DNA from: Octopus vulgaris
Taxonomy: Eukaryota
DNA length: 64,000 nucleotides
Direction of reading: 5' to 3'
Assembly: GCA_951406725.2 (NCBI GenBank)
Contig: OX597820.1
Span: 110,236,001-110,300,000, forward strand
Each line of letters begins with the position of its first letter. The first letter of the stretch is position 1. The position numbers and the translations under genes are program-made. The notes under the pieces were generated by a model. The model was given only the letters and a program-made list of their open reading frames with translations. It was not told where the DNA came from and did no database searches. Positions 51,693 to 64,000 of this stretch are shown one piece after another.

Positions 51693-53916
51693 TCTCTTAT
51701 AAAAGGCAGATTTTATCTGCCTCCCTTTGTTAGTTATAGAAATCTACAATATAGGATTTCTTCAATTACAATTTACCTAGCATTTTTAAGAGTAGAATGC
51801 ATCGGGTCATGCCAGGTCCAGTTTTTAAAATTTAAACTCCAATTAAGCAAAATTTACAGAAAACTCACATTCTGGTGTGTATGTCAAATGCTTTTCTTAA
51901 TGTGGTTTACACCACACACACACAGTGTGCAATGAATAAAATGAAAGTAATTCACTGTGTGTGTGTTGACAGGTAGACAATAGAATGCGATGGCGATGGC
52001 GATGTAATATTTGTTTCTGTCTATCACGCTGATAGATACATGAGTAAAATGTATGGCAAGCTAAGAGATAAGAGTGAGTGAAAATGTTCTTGGAAGAGAG
52101 TAAATAGCAACAGAGTGATTTGAGGAAGACTAAACTGAAAGTATTTCTATAAAACGGATCACTCATGCTATCAACATAATTTCTCCCACTTTCTCTTTGC
52201 AAGTGTACCTTAAACCACTACTCAAAAAATAAAAAAAACACAGCAAACAGAAACAAATAAATACATAACGATTTACTCCTCACACAATTTCTTCAATTAG
52301 AGTTTACCTAAGATTTTTCAAAGTACTCCATTCGGTCATGCCATAACAAATTTCTTTCAATTTCACCCCCAATTAAGACAAAATTCGAGAAAACTCAATA
52401 TTTCACTCTGAAAGCATTGATGTACATGTGTGCGTGCGTGAGTGTGTGTGTGTGTTTGATGGGTTGTGCGACACAGAAAGTGTGGTGTGTAAGTGAAGTG
52501 CTTTTGTTAGTGTGTGTAAAGAGACAGAGAGAGTGAAAGACAGAAATAACTGAACTTTTTTTATTCACTTTTTGTAGTGAGTGACTGAGAGAGAAAAGAG
52601 AGAGAGGGGTTATGTATGTATATATGTATGTATGGCTTCAGTGACACACACATACCTACGTACACCTAAAGCACGCACACACACACACACACACACACAA
52701 GCGGAGCGCGAACTTCAAATTTTGGTAGTATTAATTTGCGAGTGTACTTCTAAGCGCGCGTAATTGAAAGTTTTCACTATGATATCATCACGTGCGAAAA
52801 AATTCGAAGGGTTTTGAACAATTGAGATACAGATGTCACGCCTGTATTGAAACCATTGCTAAGCTGCCGTAATTGCTTAATTAAGACTTTGTTTAAATTG
52901 AAAGGGGCAAATATGTGACGAGGTTGAAAAAAAATACCCCAGAAAAAAAAATGTACTGCTGGTATTTATATAATTCACTACTATTTTGCTACAATGTCAT
53001 GAAAAAGAAAAAATTTAGGTATGTACAACATATATTATACATTTTTTCTATTCATTCAACGAAAATAAAAAAATCGAATTCGCCACCCCCTTTTCTCCGT
53101 TCACGTTTGTGTAAAAAAAATTATTATTTAAGTTTTAAAAATTATTTACTTTGTTCAAAAAATATTAATATTAATTAATTTTCAAGAATTATTTAATTTT
53201 ATTCTGTAAAATAGTAATTAATTCATTTATCTGTAAATCCGCGAGGTTGTTACTCAGGCACCTAGAAATAGCAGCCAGATTTTTATATTCTAAATAATTT
53301 GCAATTTCAAAAAATATATTAATTTTGCATTATTTAATTTGATAAATTCTATGGAATAATTTTGCGCGTTATATACGTTCGCGTTTCTGTAAAAAAAAGT
53401 AATTAAGGGCGATCGAGTATCGAGTACCTACGTCTGGCTCGCAAGCGCGAATCCGCGTGTGCGCAACCTGGACCACTCTGCGATACAAGTACCCATATAT
53501 ACATCCATACATACGTGTGTGTGTGTGTCTATGTATGTGTATTAATGTGTGTGTGTTATCTCTATATAAAGCTAAAGTTGTCTGTGTGCACCACGTTTGC
53601 TAACCTTCAACTAACACTATCTCCTCCGAGACCCTGCGGCGCAAGTTGACCAAAATTGAGAGTATGATAGAAGAAGGGTTGCTCTTCCTTCCGTAGAACA
53701 TAAAATTCAAATCGGACCATGTTAACACCAAAAATTATTTACATCAAAAAGATGCTTTTTTCTATGAAAATCCCTATTTTTTACGATTTTTTCACTGCTG
53801 TGTCGCCACTTTACGGTGTATTTCGACCAGAAAAATGTTCACAAAATTTTTACTTTTCAAAATTACAATTCCAGCGGGTCGAAACAAACCCGAGCAACGC
53901 CGGGCGATACTGCTAG
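51693..53916 (+). mobile_element. Non-autonomous Helitron-like element (composite; second 5' end at 53559)
   Basis: A|TC starts (tctcttataaaagg; tctctatataaagc); 3' hairpin cccg..ccggg then CTAG|T at 53913-53917. Confidence 0.72.
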
Positions 53917-53918
53917 TG

Positions 53919-53988
<70 letters not shown>

Positions 53989-54761
53989 TACACACACACA
54001 CACACACGTAAGGATAAATATATTAAGAGGAGTCCATGGGAAAACTCATTTAAATAAAAGGGTTGGGGAACCACTACTCTAAAGCCATGTTTCTAGTTTC
54101 ATGTCACAGAAGCTAAGTTATGGTATAGAGCTACTTGTCATTATCAACATCATTTTAATTGAGGGAACAAGGGAGTTCCTGCATGGTTGTTCGACTTGCT
54201 AGAAATAGTGGCTGTATTGCCTTCTAATCACATCATACTATAAAAAGATAGATTTGTCATGACTGGAATGCCTTTGATCATAGATTTGCTCAATGAGGAT
54301 GCACTTAGGGTTAAAGAACATCACCACTACCATTATCATCAGCTCTTTATTATAATTATCACTGTTATCATCATCTTCATTATCACAGACACCATCATTA
54401 CATTCACTATGACCATAAGGAACAATATCATCCTCATTATCATGAAAATATCTAAATTTGTACTGAAGTAATCCTTCAACTATGGTAGTAGTTGAATAAT
54501 ATTCATATGATAGAAGAAGGGTTGCTCTTCCTTCCGTAGAACATAAAATTCAAATCGGACCATGTTAACACCAAAAATTATTTACATCAAAAAGATGCTT
54601 TTTTCTATGAAAATCCCTATTTTTTACGATTTTTTCACTGCTGTGTCGCCACTTTACGGTGTATTTCGACCAGAAAAATGTTCACAAAATTTTTACTTTT
54701 CAAAATTACAATTCCAGCGGGTCGAAACAAACCCGAGCAACGCCGGGCGATACTGCTAGTG

Positions 54762-54835
<74 letters not shown>

Positions 54836-55354
54836 TACACACACACACACACACGTAAGGATAAATATATTAAGAGGAGTCCATGGGAAAACTCATTTAA
54901 ATAAAAGGGTTGGGGAACCACTACTCTAAAGCCATGTTTCTAGTTTCATGTCACAGAAGCTAAGTTATGGTATAGAGCTACTTGTCATTATCAACATCAT
55001 TTTAATTGAGGGAACAAGGGAGTTCCTGCATGGTTGTTCGACTTGCTAGAAATAGTGGCTGTATTGCCTTCTAATCACATCATACTATAAAAAGATAGAT
55101 TTGTCATGACTGGAATGCCTTTGATCATAGATTTGCTCAATGAGGATGCACTTAGGGTTAAAGAACATCACCACTACCATTATCATCAGCTCTTTATTAT
55201 AATTATCACTGTTATCATCATCTTCATTATCACAGACACCATCATTACATTCACTATGACCATAAGGAACAATATCATCCTCATTATCATGAAAATATCT
55301 AAATTTGTACTGAAGTAATCCTTCAACTATGGTAGTAGTTGAATAATATTCATA
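53663..55354. repeat. Near-identical tandem duplication (~843/847-bp units)
   Basis: ORFs repeat at offsets 843 and 847; junction at 54506 with TA microhomology. Confidence 0.95.
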
Positions 55355-55925
55355 AGGCCGCAATTTACTATATGCAGCATCTTTCAGAGCTTGTCGCTAA
55401 TTTAGTTCTTAACCAAATTGAAAACTGCTAACATTTTTGAAGGGGTCTAGTCCCTAGCTACATTTTGGCATAAAAAAAATTGAGATTTTGTCCAGTAGAA
55501 AAAAGTTTACATCAAAATTTTTAGCAACATTATAGGAGAGCAAGTAATGCCACGAATCAAGTTTAGATCTAAATAACTTTTTTTTATTTTAAAAGCAAAA
55601 TATATTTATCTTAGCTTCAGTGATAGAAGAAAGCATGAAGAATTTCATAGTTTTGGCCCCATGCAACAAAAATTTGTATCAAAAAAGTTGTGAGGTAAAA
55701 TATCAAGGAAAAATATAAATAAGGCAAAAAATTGGATTTAAGTATAATTAATTTTTTTATTTTAAAAACAAACTATATTTTAATTAAGCAAAATCCTGTC
55801 TGGAAAGGTTGGCTGTAATGTAAAAATTAATTCAAATGTCTGTGTTATGAGCTTGTGTGTTAACTATTCAGTCATGCATCAATATCAATTACAATTAAAA
55901 AACAACAAAATCGTTTTAACATTTT

Positions 55926-55965
<40 letters not shown>

Positions 55966-55970
<5 letters not shown>

Positions 55971-56826
55971 ACAATTGAGGGTAAAATTAATTAGTTATTA
56001 ATCAATTTCACCAAGTATTCAGTATGTAAAAGGACCATTTAAGGCGAATTCAAAATATTCAAAATATTACATTATATAATTAGGGCTTAGTAAAATAAAT
56101 TACTTTGCCACATACTGAACTTACTAGAAATAGCAGCCAAAAAAAAGCTTTTTAGCCATTTCTACTACTTAAAGAAAATTTCTCTCAGATAATGTTTACT
56201 CAAAATAACTCACGAAGGTATGGAGGTAAAAACAGAAAAATATCACAAGTACAAAGATCATTTGAGAACGTTAACGTTTCTAGATTAGCCAAATAAACTC
56301 AGCATTTCTTTCGTCAGCTCAACATTTCTTAATTTGGATTTGGAAACACTGAAAAGAAAGAACATACCCTTCGGCGACTTATCACCTCAGATGAACCCGT
56401 TCAGACTGCCAGTGCTAACAAATTCAAAATGCGCAAGCGAAGATTCCTGCTCTCCCCTTCCACCCACGTGGGCTATCTAGCAAACATTATATTTTAACGG
56501 TGAGAACCGAGGCAATATGACAGAGAGAAATGAATTATAATATCAACAATTGAGGGTAAAATTGATTAGTTATTAATCAATTTCACCAAGTATTCAGTAT
56601 GTAAAAGGACCATTTAAAGCGAATTCAAAATATTCAAAATATTACATTATATAATTAGGGCCTAGTAAAATAAATTACTTTGCCACATACTAAACTTACT
56701 AGAAATAGCAGCCAAAAAAAAGCTTTTTAGCCATTTCTACTACTTAAAGAAAATAATATTTTGAATATTTTGAATTCGCCTTAAATGGTCCTTTTACATA
56801 CTGAATACTTGGTGAAATTGATTAAT
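55966..56826 (-). mobile_element. PLE-type terminal structure: direct repeats 55966-56178 / 56540-56753, inverted partial copy ~56754-56826, internal hammerhead
   Basis: Repeats seen directly; abuts (TA)n on the left and PLE coding remnants on the right. Confidence 0.8.
56262..56322 (-). ncRNA. Type I hammerhead ribozyme motif
   Basis: Minus strand: UUGAG-CUGACGA-AAGA...UCUA-GAAAC-GUUAAC-GUU-CUCAA; stem I UUGAG/CUCAA and palindromic stem III ACGUUAACGU. Confidence 0.78.
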
Positions 56827-58905
56827 ATTTGTCTGAGTGTTGGGTCTTTTGGGTGCCTGAATAAGATGCAGATATCAAGTTGACCCAAGTTGCCTCCATG
56901 GTGGTCTTTGGCATGTTAGTAGAGTATGGAGGGCTGTTTTTTCGTTGTCATATTGTCTCAGATGTCCGTTTAGTCGTTCTGCAATGCTCCTAGATATCTC
57001 CCCTATGTATGTCATGTTCATGTCTTTACAAGTACCTTCTATGCATTTTATGCTGTAAACTACATTTCTAGTTCTACAGTTAATACCAGGGCTAATCCTA
57101 CATACCATGCAGTTATCATTGGTGCATATGGTATTCTCGAAGGGGTACGTCCTACATAGTTGTGAATTGATGGAGTTCCCTGGCTTTTCAACAATCTTAA
57201 TGTTGTGTTTGGTGTGCTTCAGAGCTTTTCTAAATCTACGGGTTAGTTCTCCGTGGGATGTGGCCTCTACAAACATCACTCCTTGATATTTGTCAGTTTT
57301 ATACCATGTGTTCGCCCTGTTTGCTTTGTCACAAGTTCTTTGTATCCTATTCCATTCTTTGTTTCTATATCTAGGGCAGGTATCACTGATATCATTACGT
57401 ATAATGTTGTCTAATTTCTTTCTAGCCTTCCTGTATATTGGAACCCTATCTTTCTGATCATATCCAGAGAACTGCATGCGGTGCATGAAGTTCTGTATAT
57501 GTTTTTTTTCTTTTCATAGGTTTCACATAGTGGGGACTCATTGTTCATTATTCTAACTAGGTCTGCTATCAGTATGTTAATTTTCATGTTGTGTGACAAA
57601 GCTGAGTTCATGTGAACAACATATTTTGAAGTTATGGTCATCTAAATAGCTACTGTCATAGCATAGTCTGAGGAGGAGGCCCAGTTCCCTCGTGTTGACC
57701 TTATGGAATTCCACTTCACTCTCACAGATTACCTGAATGCATTTCTCCACAGCAAAATCTATGTCTATAGATGGGTAATAGGAGTGGAGGAGTTGCACTC
57801 TATTGTTCACAGTCTCTAACCAAAGTTTAGTATGAAGTACAGGGAGTCTATTGTTTGGGTGCTTAGTGGGGTAATCTATAGTTACCTTGATACTTTGGTG
57901 GATGGAGTTAGCTATTTGCTGGATGCTCTCCATTACGTTCTTCTCAGTCTCTACATTTCCGTCACTAGAGTTGGTCCTAACTATGATATTAATGTCATCT
58001 ACATATCTACTGTAGAGTAGAAGAGTTGTGGACTGTTCTGCTAACATTTGTTTAAGTTTTTTGTCCCACCATGTCATGAAGAGGCCAGCCACATCTCCAA
58101 CTGCACCTACACCAATGGCTGCACCTTGAACCTGCATGTATAGTTTTTTGTTTAACTGTGTGGTTCTTCAAGGTGGTTTTTACACTAGCCCCTATTGCAT
58201 GTGCAGTCATTTCTTTCACCTGATTGTTGTTCTCAGGGTTTGGGGTGGGTGCGGTCCAGCCACTCCAGCGCTCTGTGGTGCTTTTCTTCACCACTGAAGT
58301 GATGGTGGGTGGTCTACCTCTCTATGACCTGGTGGGGCAGAATTTACTTAGGTCATGGTCATCTAAATAGTTATTGTCATAGCAGGCCCAGTTCCCTCAT
58401 GTTGACCTTATGGAATTCCACTTCACTCTCACAAATTACCTGAATGCATTTCTCCACAGCAAAATCTATGTCTATAGATGGGTAGAGTGAAATCACATCC
58501 ATACTACCCACTGCACAACCTGTGAGGTTGTTTAGAGTCGTTGCAAGTACTGAATTTACTGAGGAGATCTTCCATACTCGCACAGACATCCGGAGACATC
58601 TCTATGAGAGGTCACAATACCTGTGAGAGGAAGTAGGACAGTCTATAGTTGCTGGAGATGTTCACTCCACAAAATGGTCTAGTTGGGGGTGCCCCACGAC
58701 AGGGTTTATGTAGTTTGTGGTCTTTGTGTAACCCATATAGTGTATGAACATCATTGTTGAATGCTTGGAAATTGTGCGCCGTCCTTTTTGTAGGTTGGAG
58801 TATGTTGCACCACATTGCTATGTGTGCATTGAGGAGCCTTTCCACTCTTTCATGTTCCTGTGGTTTAAATTCTCCCATGCTACTGATGTGTTGTTGCATA
58901 TGTCT
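56827..58905 (-). mobile_element. Degenerate Penelope-like retroelement (RT plus GIY-YIG endonuclease)
   Basis: GSMDVISLYPSID, GAAIG and YSRYVDDI RT motifs; RNVVYSIKC...YIGEISRS GIY-YIG motif; frameshifts and an internal ~140-bp duplication. Confidence 0.92.
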
Positions 58906-58932
58906 TTTTGCCTTTTTTGTTCTTTCTTTTAG

Positions 58933-59131
58933 AAAACAAGATTGGTTATGGTTGCAAGGAGATCTTTATCGTAGTAAAGTGAAAGACTATGACAAAGTTT
59001 ATGAAAATAACTGTGTCTCCAAGATTATGTCTGCTGTTGATGGTATGAAGCTACATGATGTTGGTATATCTGGTTTTGAAAACGACAGCAAATCACTTGA
59101 TGTTTATGAAGATGATGAAAATGGAAATCAG
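58933..59131 (+). CDS. CDC14: CDC14 exon (KQDWLWLQGDLYRSK...EDDENGNQ)
   Basis: Polypyrimidine tract plus tag acceptor, CAG|gttagt donor; phase 2/0; EKQxxLWxQGD motif typical of CDC14. Confidence 0.9.
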
Positions 59132-61013
59132 GTTAGTTGTATTTCTTTTTTTATTGGACACTAGCTGGAATTTGTATGATTTGAATGAACTTACTGTATA
59201 GCTTGTGTTTGAGAAATATTGACTTCATTCTGCACAAGGCTTCCAAGTTATTAGGAAAGGGTGTAGCCATTTGAATCAATATCATCGCAAAACTGGTATT
59301 TATTTTATCAACACTAGAATGCTAGAGGGAATGAAAAGCAAATATAGCCATTTGCAGAATTTGAACTTGGAATGCAAGTATTTTTACATTCAATTTTTGC
59401 ATCTGTTTTTTTTTCCATACTAACATGGGTTGAATGAATATATTATTGAGACATTGATTTACAGTTGGATGCCCTTCCAGTCACTAATCCTTGCCTGTTA
59501 TATAAGTGAGGGACATCTTATTCCATATGTTTTCAAAGGTGCAAAGCCAGCAGAAATGATTTTTGAAAACCATTCTCACATGCACACTCACACTTACACA
59601 CACACTCTGATGAGTTCTTTCAGTTTTTGTTTACCAAATCCTCTCACAAGCGTGAAGTTGGTCCAGGACTACAGTAGAAGTCACTTGCTGGTAGTGCTAA
59701 ATAATGGAACTGAACTTGAAATGGTCTGAAGCAAATTTCTTAACCATACACAATGCCTGCTCCTCACATGTAGTACAACAAAACTGGATATTGTGTTCAT
59801 AATTCTCCCATTTGTGTTGCTTCAACACTTTTATTTGAAACTATTGGTTATTGTTCTTTAAACCTATGTGAAGCCTGATCCAGCAGACATATCATAAAAG
59901 ATAATCTCTCTGTGATTATCCACTCTTTTTATTACATCGTCTAATCCAAGACTACATTATCCTATATAAATTCCTTTTCTAAGGTCAAGTAACTGCAAAA
60001 AGACTGTTGCATAACAACAGTGATTTCATCCATAGAGGTAATGCTGCAAGTGTTTAGAGGAAGGATACTGATGAGAATTGATATCAGTACATACCAAGTA
60101 CTTAACATCAGAAAAAGCTTGCAAGTTAATGTTGTAAAAAGTTTAAATTTTAGAAAAAGCACTTTAGCCTGGTGCTTTTTCATTTTTGCCACCTTTACTG
60201 CTTTCCTTGCATATTTGAACCTATCAATTTCTTACACTCATTATTATTTGTATTTTTATCAAACCTTTTCACTTTTTATGCCATGTTCTACATTCTATAA
60301 TTGTTCTTTTTATGGAGAAAAACATTCGTCATTATTTCTATAAAAATAGAGTAATATTTTAAAGATACCTTCAAAATAGAAGAGCAAATTTGATATCTTG
60401 TAAAATTCTTCAGTGCATTGGTTTTGATTTCAGATCTAACTAAGGTCAATTTCTCTTTACATTTTCCAATGGTTGATAAAAAAAATGCTAACTATATCCT
60501 GGCAACATTTTTATTATTGTTTTTACATCAAAATGTCAAACCAAAAGAAAAAGGAAGGAAGTAGAAAAGTAAACTCCAATGTGAGTTTTTATAAGGGAGT
60601 TTTGGTTTTCCTTTTCCTTTTTTGCAATAATTCTATTATGAAATTATATGTATTGAAATTATTAGTATTTAACTTGTACATTATGAATTAACTTGAAATA
60701 AAGATTCAAAAAAATAAACAGTAATTTATTTTCATTTATTAAAATTTGAAAAAAATTTTTTTTTGCTATTAAAAAAGATAGGTGCTTGATATTATCTTAA
60801 GATAAAGTAATCTTAGTTCATACTAAATAGTCTTAGAAGTCAGCCTATAATCACTTTTTTTCATTTCTCTCTTGATGAAAGACCCACAGAAAATGTTAAA
60901 ATTCACCTCTCCACAATACCTGAACTATTTATTCACTTTTCCAACTTCACAGTCTATTCCAGAATATGTCAAATTAATATTACCAACTATATTTTGTTTC
61001 TATTTCTACCCAG

Positions 61014-61120
61014 AAATATTCTTCAAAAAGTAGAAGTAAGCTTAGTACCCAAGGAGATAAACTGAACCAAATAAAGGCTCAACGCAAACACACTCGGGCA
61101 ACTACAACTGCTACTATTTC
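61014..61120 (+). CDS. CDC14: CDC14 C-terminal-region exon (KYSSKSRSKLSTQGDKLNQIKAQRKHTRATTTATIS)
   Basis: acccag acceptor and TC|gtaagt donor; phase 0/2; TQGDKL motif conserved in CDC14A tails. Confidence 0.85.
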
Positions 61121-61648
61121 GTAAGTATTTTGAATTCTTTTCAGGAAAAAATTTTGTTCACTGCATATCTTAACTAGAAGACTATGCTAAATCTTTCACG
61201 GCTATTTCCTTATTGTTCTTGTTCCTATTAACAAAAGTGTTCATGTTTAATCAATAAAAATTAGAGTAAATGCATAAGGTGTGTTATTAATTCAAATTTA
61301 ACAACTATATTTGTTTTCTTCATTAATATTTTTTCCCCCATCTATGAATAAAAACTTTTTTATCAGTTTGAAACTTTAGACCATTTTATTTTGCTTACAG
61401 TTAATGCTTTTGTTTTATTTTAATATTGTTGTTGAATTTAGTGAAATCTGGAATTATTAACATCATTTTTCTAACCCTCACACCTGACAACTGAATTATT
61501 GTTTAACTGTTCTGGCATTTACTTCACTGCTATGGATTTTGGATTTTGTCTAACAGTTAGGGGAAATGGTGGTGTCATTCCTTAACAGTGCTCAGGTCTG
61601 ATGCCATTTTTTCTTTTTTCTTTTATATTTTATTTGTTGTGTTACCAG

Positions 61649-61883
61649 TTCCAGTGAAACGAAAGTACATAAGCGGCCATCAAGCCAGTCATTCAAAGCA
61701 TTTGGTCTGAAGAATTCACAAGGCTTTGTATCTCCATTAAAAACCTCAAGAGTTGCTGCTGTCAATGCCAATAATTTGGTTAATTCAGCAGTTGTGTCTT
61801 CATGCAGTACCACGAATAAACGACTGACCCGTTTATCAACACCAACATCTCAGAATCACAGTGCCAAAAGGTTGGTCAGATGA
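61649..61883 (+). CDS. CDC14: CDC14 Ser/Thr-rich tail exon; either spliced at 61870 (AG|gttggt) or read through to TGA at 61881-61883
   Basis: ttaccag acceptor; open phase-2 frame continues the previous exon (SSETKVHKRPSSQSFK...VSPLKTSRV...SAKR). Confidence 0.72.
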
Positions 61884-62589
61884 TAGACTTATCAAGTTAA
61901 ACATTGGCCGTTCATTGTGTAAGCTTTCACTCCTTCATTTACTGGGAGCACACAGATTGTTGCCAGTATTAGACAGCTTATCCCTTTATGAGTGATTGTC
62001 ACTGTAACTTTGGTACTTGATGCATCATGAAATATGAACTTCCAAATCTTATCCAAAAAGTAGATTTATTCCAATGCTTTTGTTCTCATTGATGTAGCAT
62101 GCTCTCCTTAGATTCCTTTCACTGTGTTGTATTTTTATTTATTTTCATTGCAACTACATATATATTTTTTTGAAAAATCTGCTTTCAGTAACAATACTAA
62201 GTAATTATTATGTCATTTTCTTGGGTTATAATGGTGAAAAGCACTAACTCTTGTTCTGTTAATTATTATCACAATTATTTCTGGGAGTGGATTTATCTCT
62301 ATACTAATTATCTTCATTAGAATGATGGTTACTGACAGTAACATAAGCAAATATTTTTATGTATCTGTGTGAATTCTTTGTTTTTAAGGTATATGGTTCA
62401 CAACTGAGGTACTGCTGCATTGTACCACACAGTAAGGGGTCAGCTGTGATGATACCTTTTAATAATACCTGACTACAAACTTGTAGCAGTGGGACAATAA
62501 TTGATTTAATTGTATAACTGGTATATATAATGGCATTTTCATTGGTGTATATATATATTATTGTAATATAACTGATATACTTATGTATA

Positions 62590-64000
62590 TCATCATCATT
62601 ATCATCATTTAAGGTCTGTTGTCCATGCTGGCATGAGCTGGATGGTTTGACTTGGCTGGCAAGCTTGGAAGGCTGTACCAAGCTCCAGTTAGATTTGGCA
62701 TGGCTTTCTACAGTTGGATGCCCTTTCTAATGCCAACCACTCTGAAAGTGTAATAGGTGCTTTTATGTGCACAGGTGCCATTTGCATGACACTAGTATCT
62801 GCCACAACTGCGATCTTGCTTGGCTTGATGGATCTTCTTCTCAAGTATGACATAATACCAAAGGCCTTGGTCATTGCTTCCATAAGGCCCAACACTCGAA
62901 AGGAACTCAGCCTCTTTGCCTCTGTCAGGCCCAATGCTCAAAACGAACTCTGCCACTTTGCCTCCACCAGGCCCAATCCTCAAAAGGAACTCAGCTACTA
63001 TGCCTCCATGAGGCCCAACCTTCAGAGGTTGATTTTTTACGTGCCCTCAGCATGGGGGTACTTGACAGGTCCTCTTAAGCAGAGCTCATTGCCAAAGGTC
63101 TCGGTCACTAGTCATTACCTCTGTGAAGTTCAAAGTTAGAAGATCATGCTTCACAACCTCGTCCCTTGTCTTCCTGGGTCTATCTTTACCACAGGTTCCC
63201 TCCACAGTTAGAGATCGGCACTTCTTTACACAGCTGTCCTCATCCATACGTGTCACATGACCATACCAGCACAGTCATCTCTCTTGCACACCACATCTGA
63301 TTCCTCTTATGCCTAACTTTTCTCTCAAGATGCTTACACTCTGTCGAACATGTACACTGACATTGCATCCAGTGAGGTATACTGGCTTTATTTCTCTCAA
63401 ACCTACACATGTCCTTGGCTGTTATAGCCCATGTTTCACTGCCATATAGCATAGCTGTTTGCACATGGGCATCAAACAATCTGCCTTTCACTTTGAGGGA
63501 GAGGCCCTTTGTTGCCAGCAGGGATGGAACTCTCTGAACTTTGCCCAGCCTAATCTTATTCTCACAGCTCCCAGGGCAGCCTGTCTTGAATTCCTCTGTT
63601 ATTGCCTGGGGGACTATGATGAACAAAGGGGGCTGAGGAGTGATTCTTGGTGAACCCCTACTTCTACCTGGAATTCATCACTATACTCATTGCCAATCCT
63701 CACCTTACTGACAGCATCCCTGTACATGGCTTGTACAGCTCTCATCTATTCCTTGTTTCCAGATAAAGGATCGGAGGACCCTCTCAAAGGCTTTCTCCAT
63801 GTCAACAAAAGCCAAGCACAGAGGTTTATCTTTGGCTAGGAATTTTTCCTGCAGCTGTCTTACCAGAAATATAGCATCAGTGGTGCTTCTCCCTGACTCA
63901 AAACCAAATTGCATCTCATCTAAACTAACTCTCTTCCTAATTAGTTGGACTATGACTGTTTCCGTGACTTTCATCACCTGATCCAACAATTTGATACCTC
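62590..64000 (-). mobile_element. Degenerate RTE-clade LINE (RT to 3' UTR, with 42-bp repeats at ~62875-63025)
   Basis: QFGFESGRSTTDAIFLVRQLQEK..AFVDMEKAF and MLYGSETW motifs; (GAT)n tail. Confidence 0.88.

Overview
AT-rich, repeat-dense eukaryotic DNA, most likely from a cephalopod (Octopus-like; inferred from the SINE, RTE and microsatellite landscape). One host gene spans the window on the + strand: a CDC14-family dual-specificity phosphatase. Seven coding exons lie at 581-643, 4005-4092, 40064-40294, 43775-43913, 58933-59131, 61014-61120 and 61649-61870/61883; the HCKAGLGRTG motif is split by an intron and one intron is about 36 kb. The introns hold a near full-length CR1-group LINE with an intact 1007-aa APE+RT ORF2, and remnants of Dong/R4, RTE, Penelope-like (PLE), Gypsy, Tc1/mariner and Helitron elements. 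They also hold tRNA-derived SINEs and a 5S-headed SINE. The most notable signal is a set of short, non-coding, often fold-back elements in (TA)n tracts that carry hammerhead-ribozyme motifs, both canonical CUGANGA and U3-A8 covariant; one intact-looking copy is sense to the CDC14 pre-mRNA. Also notable are an 822-bp-arm near-perfect palindrome of Helitron sequence about 1 kb upstream of the catalytic exon, and a LINE whose 3' tail matches a local SINE family. All calls were made by eye; no searches or folding programs were run.
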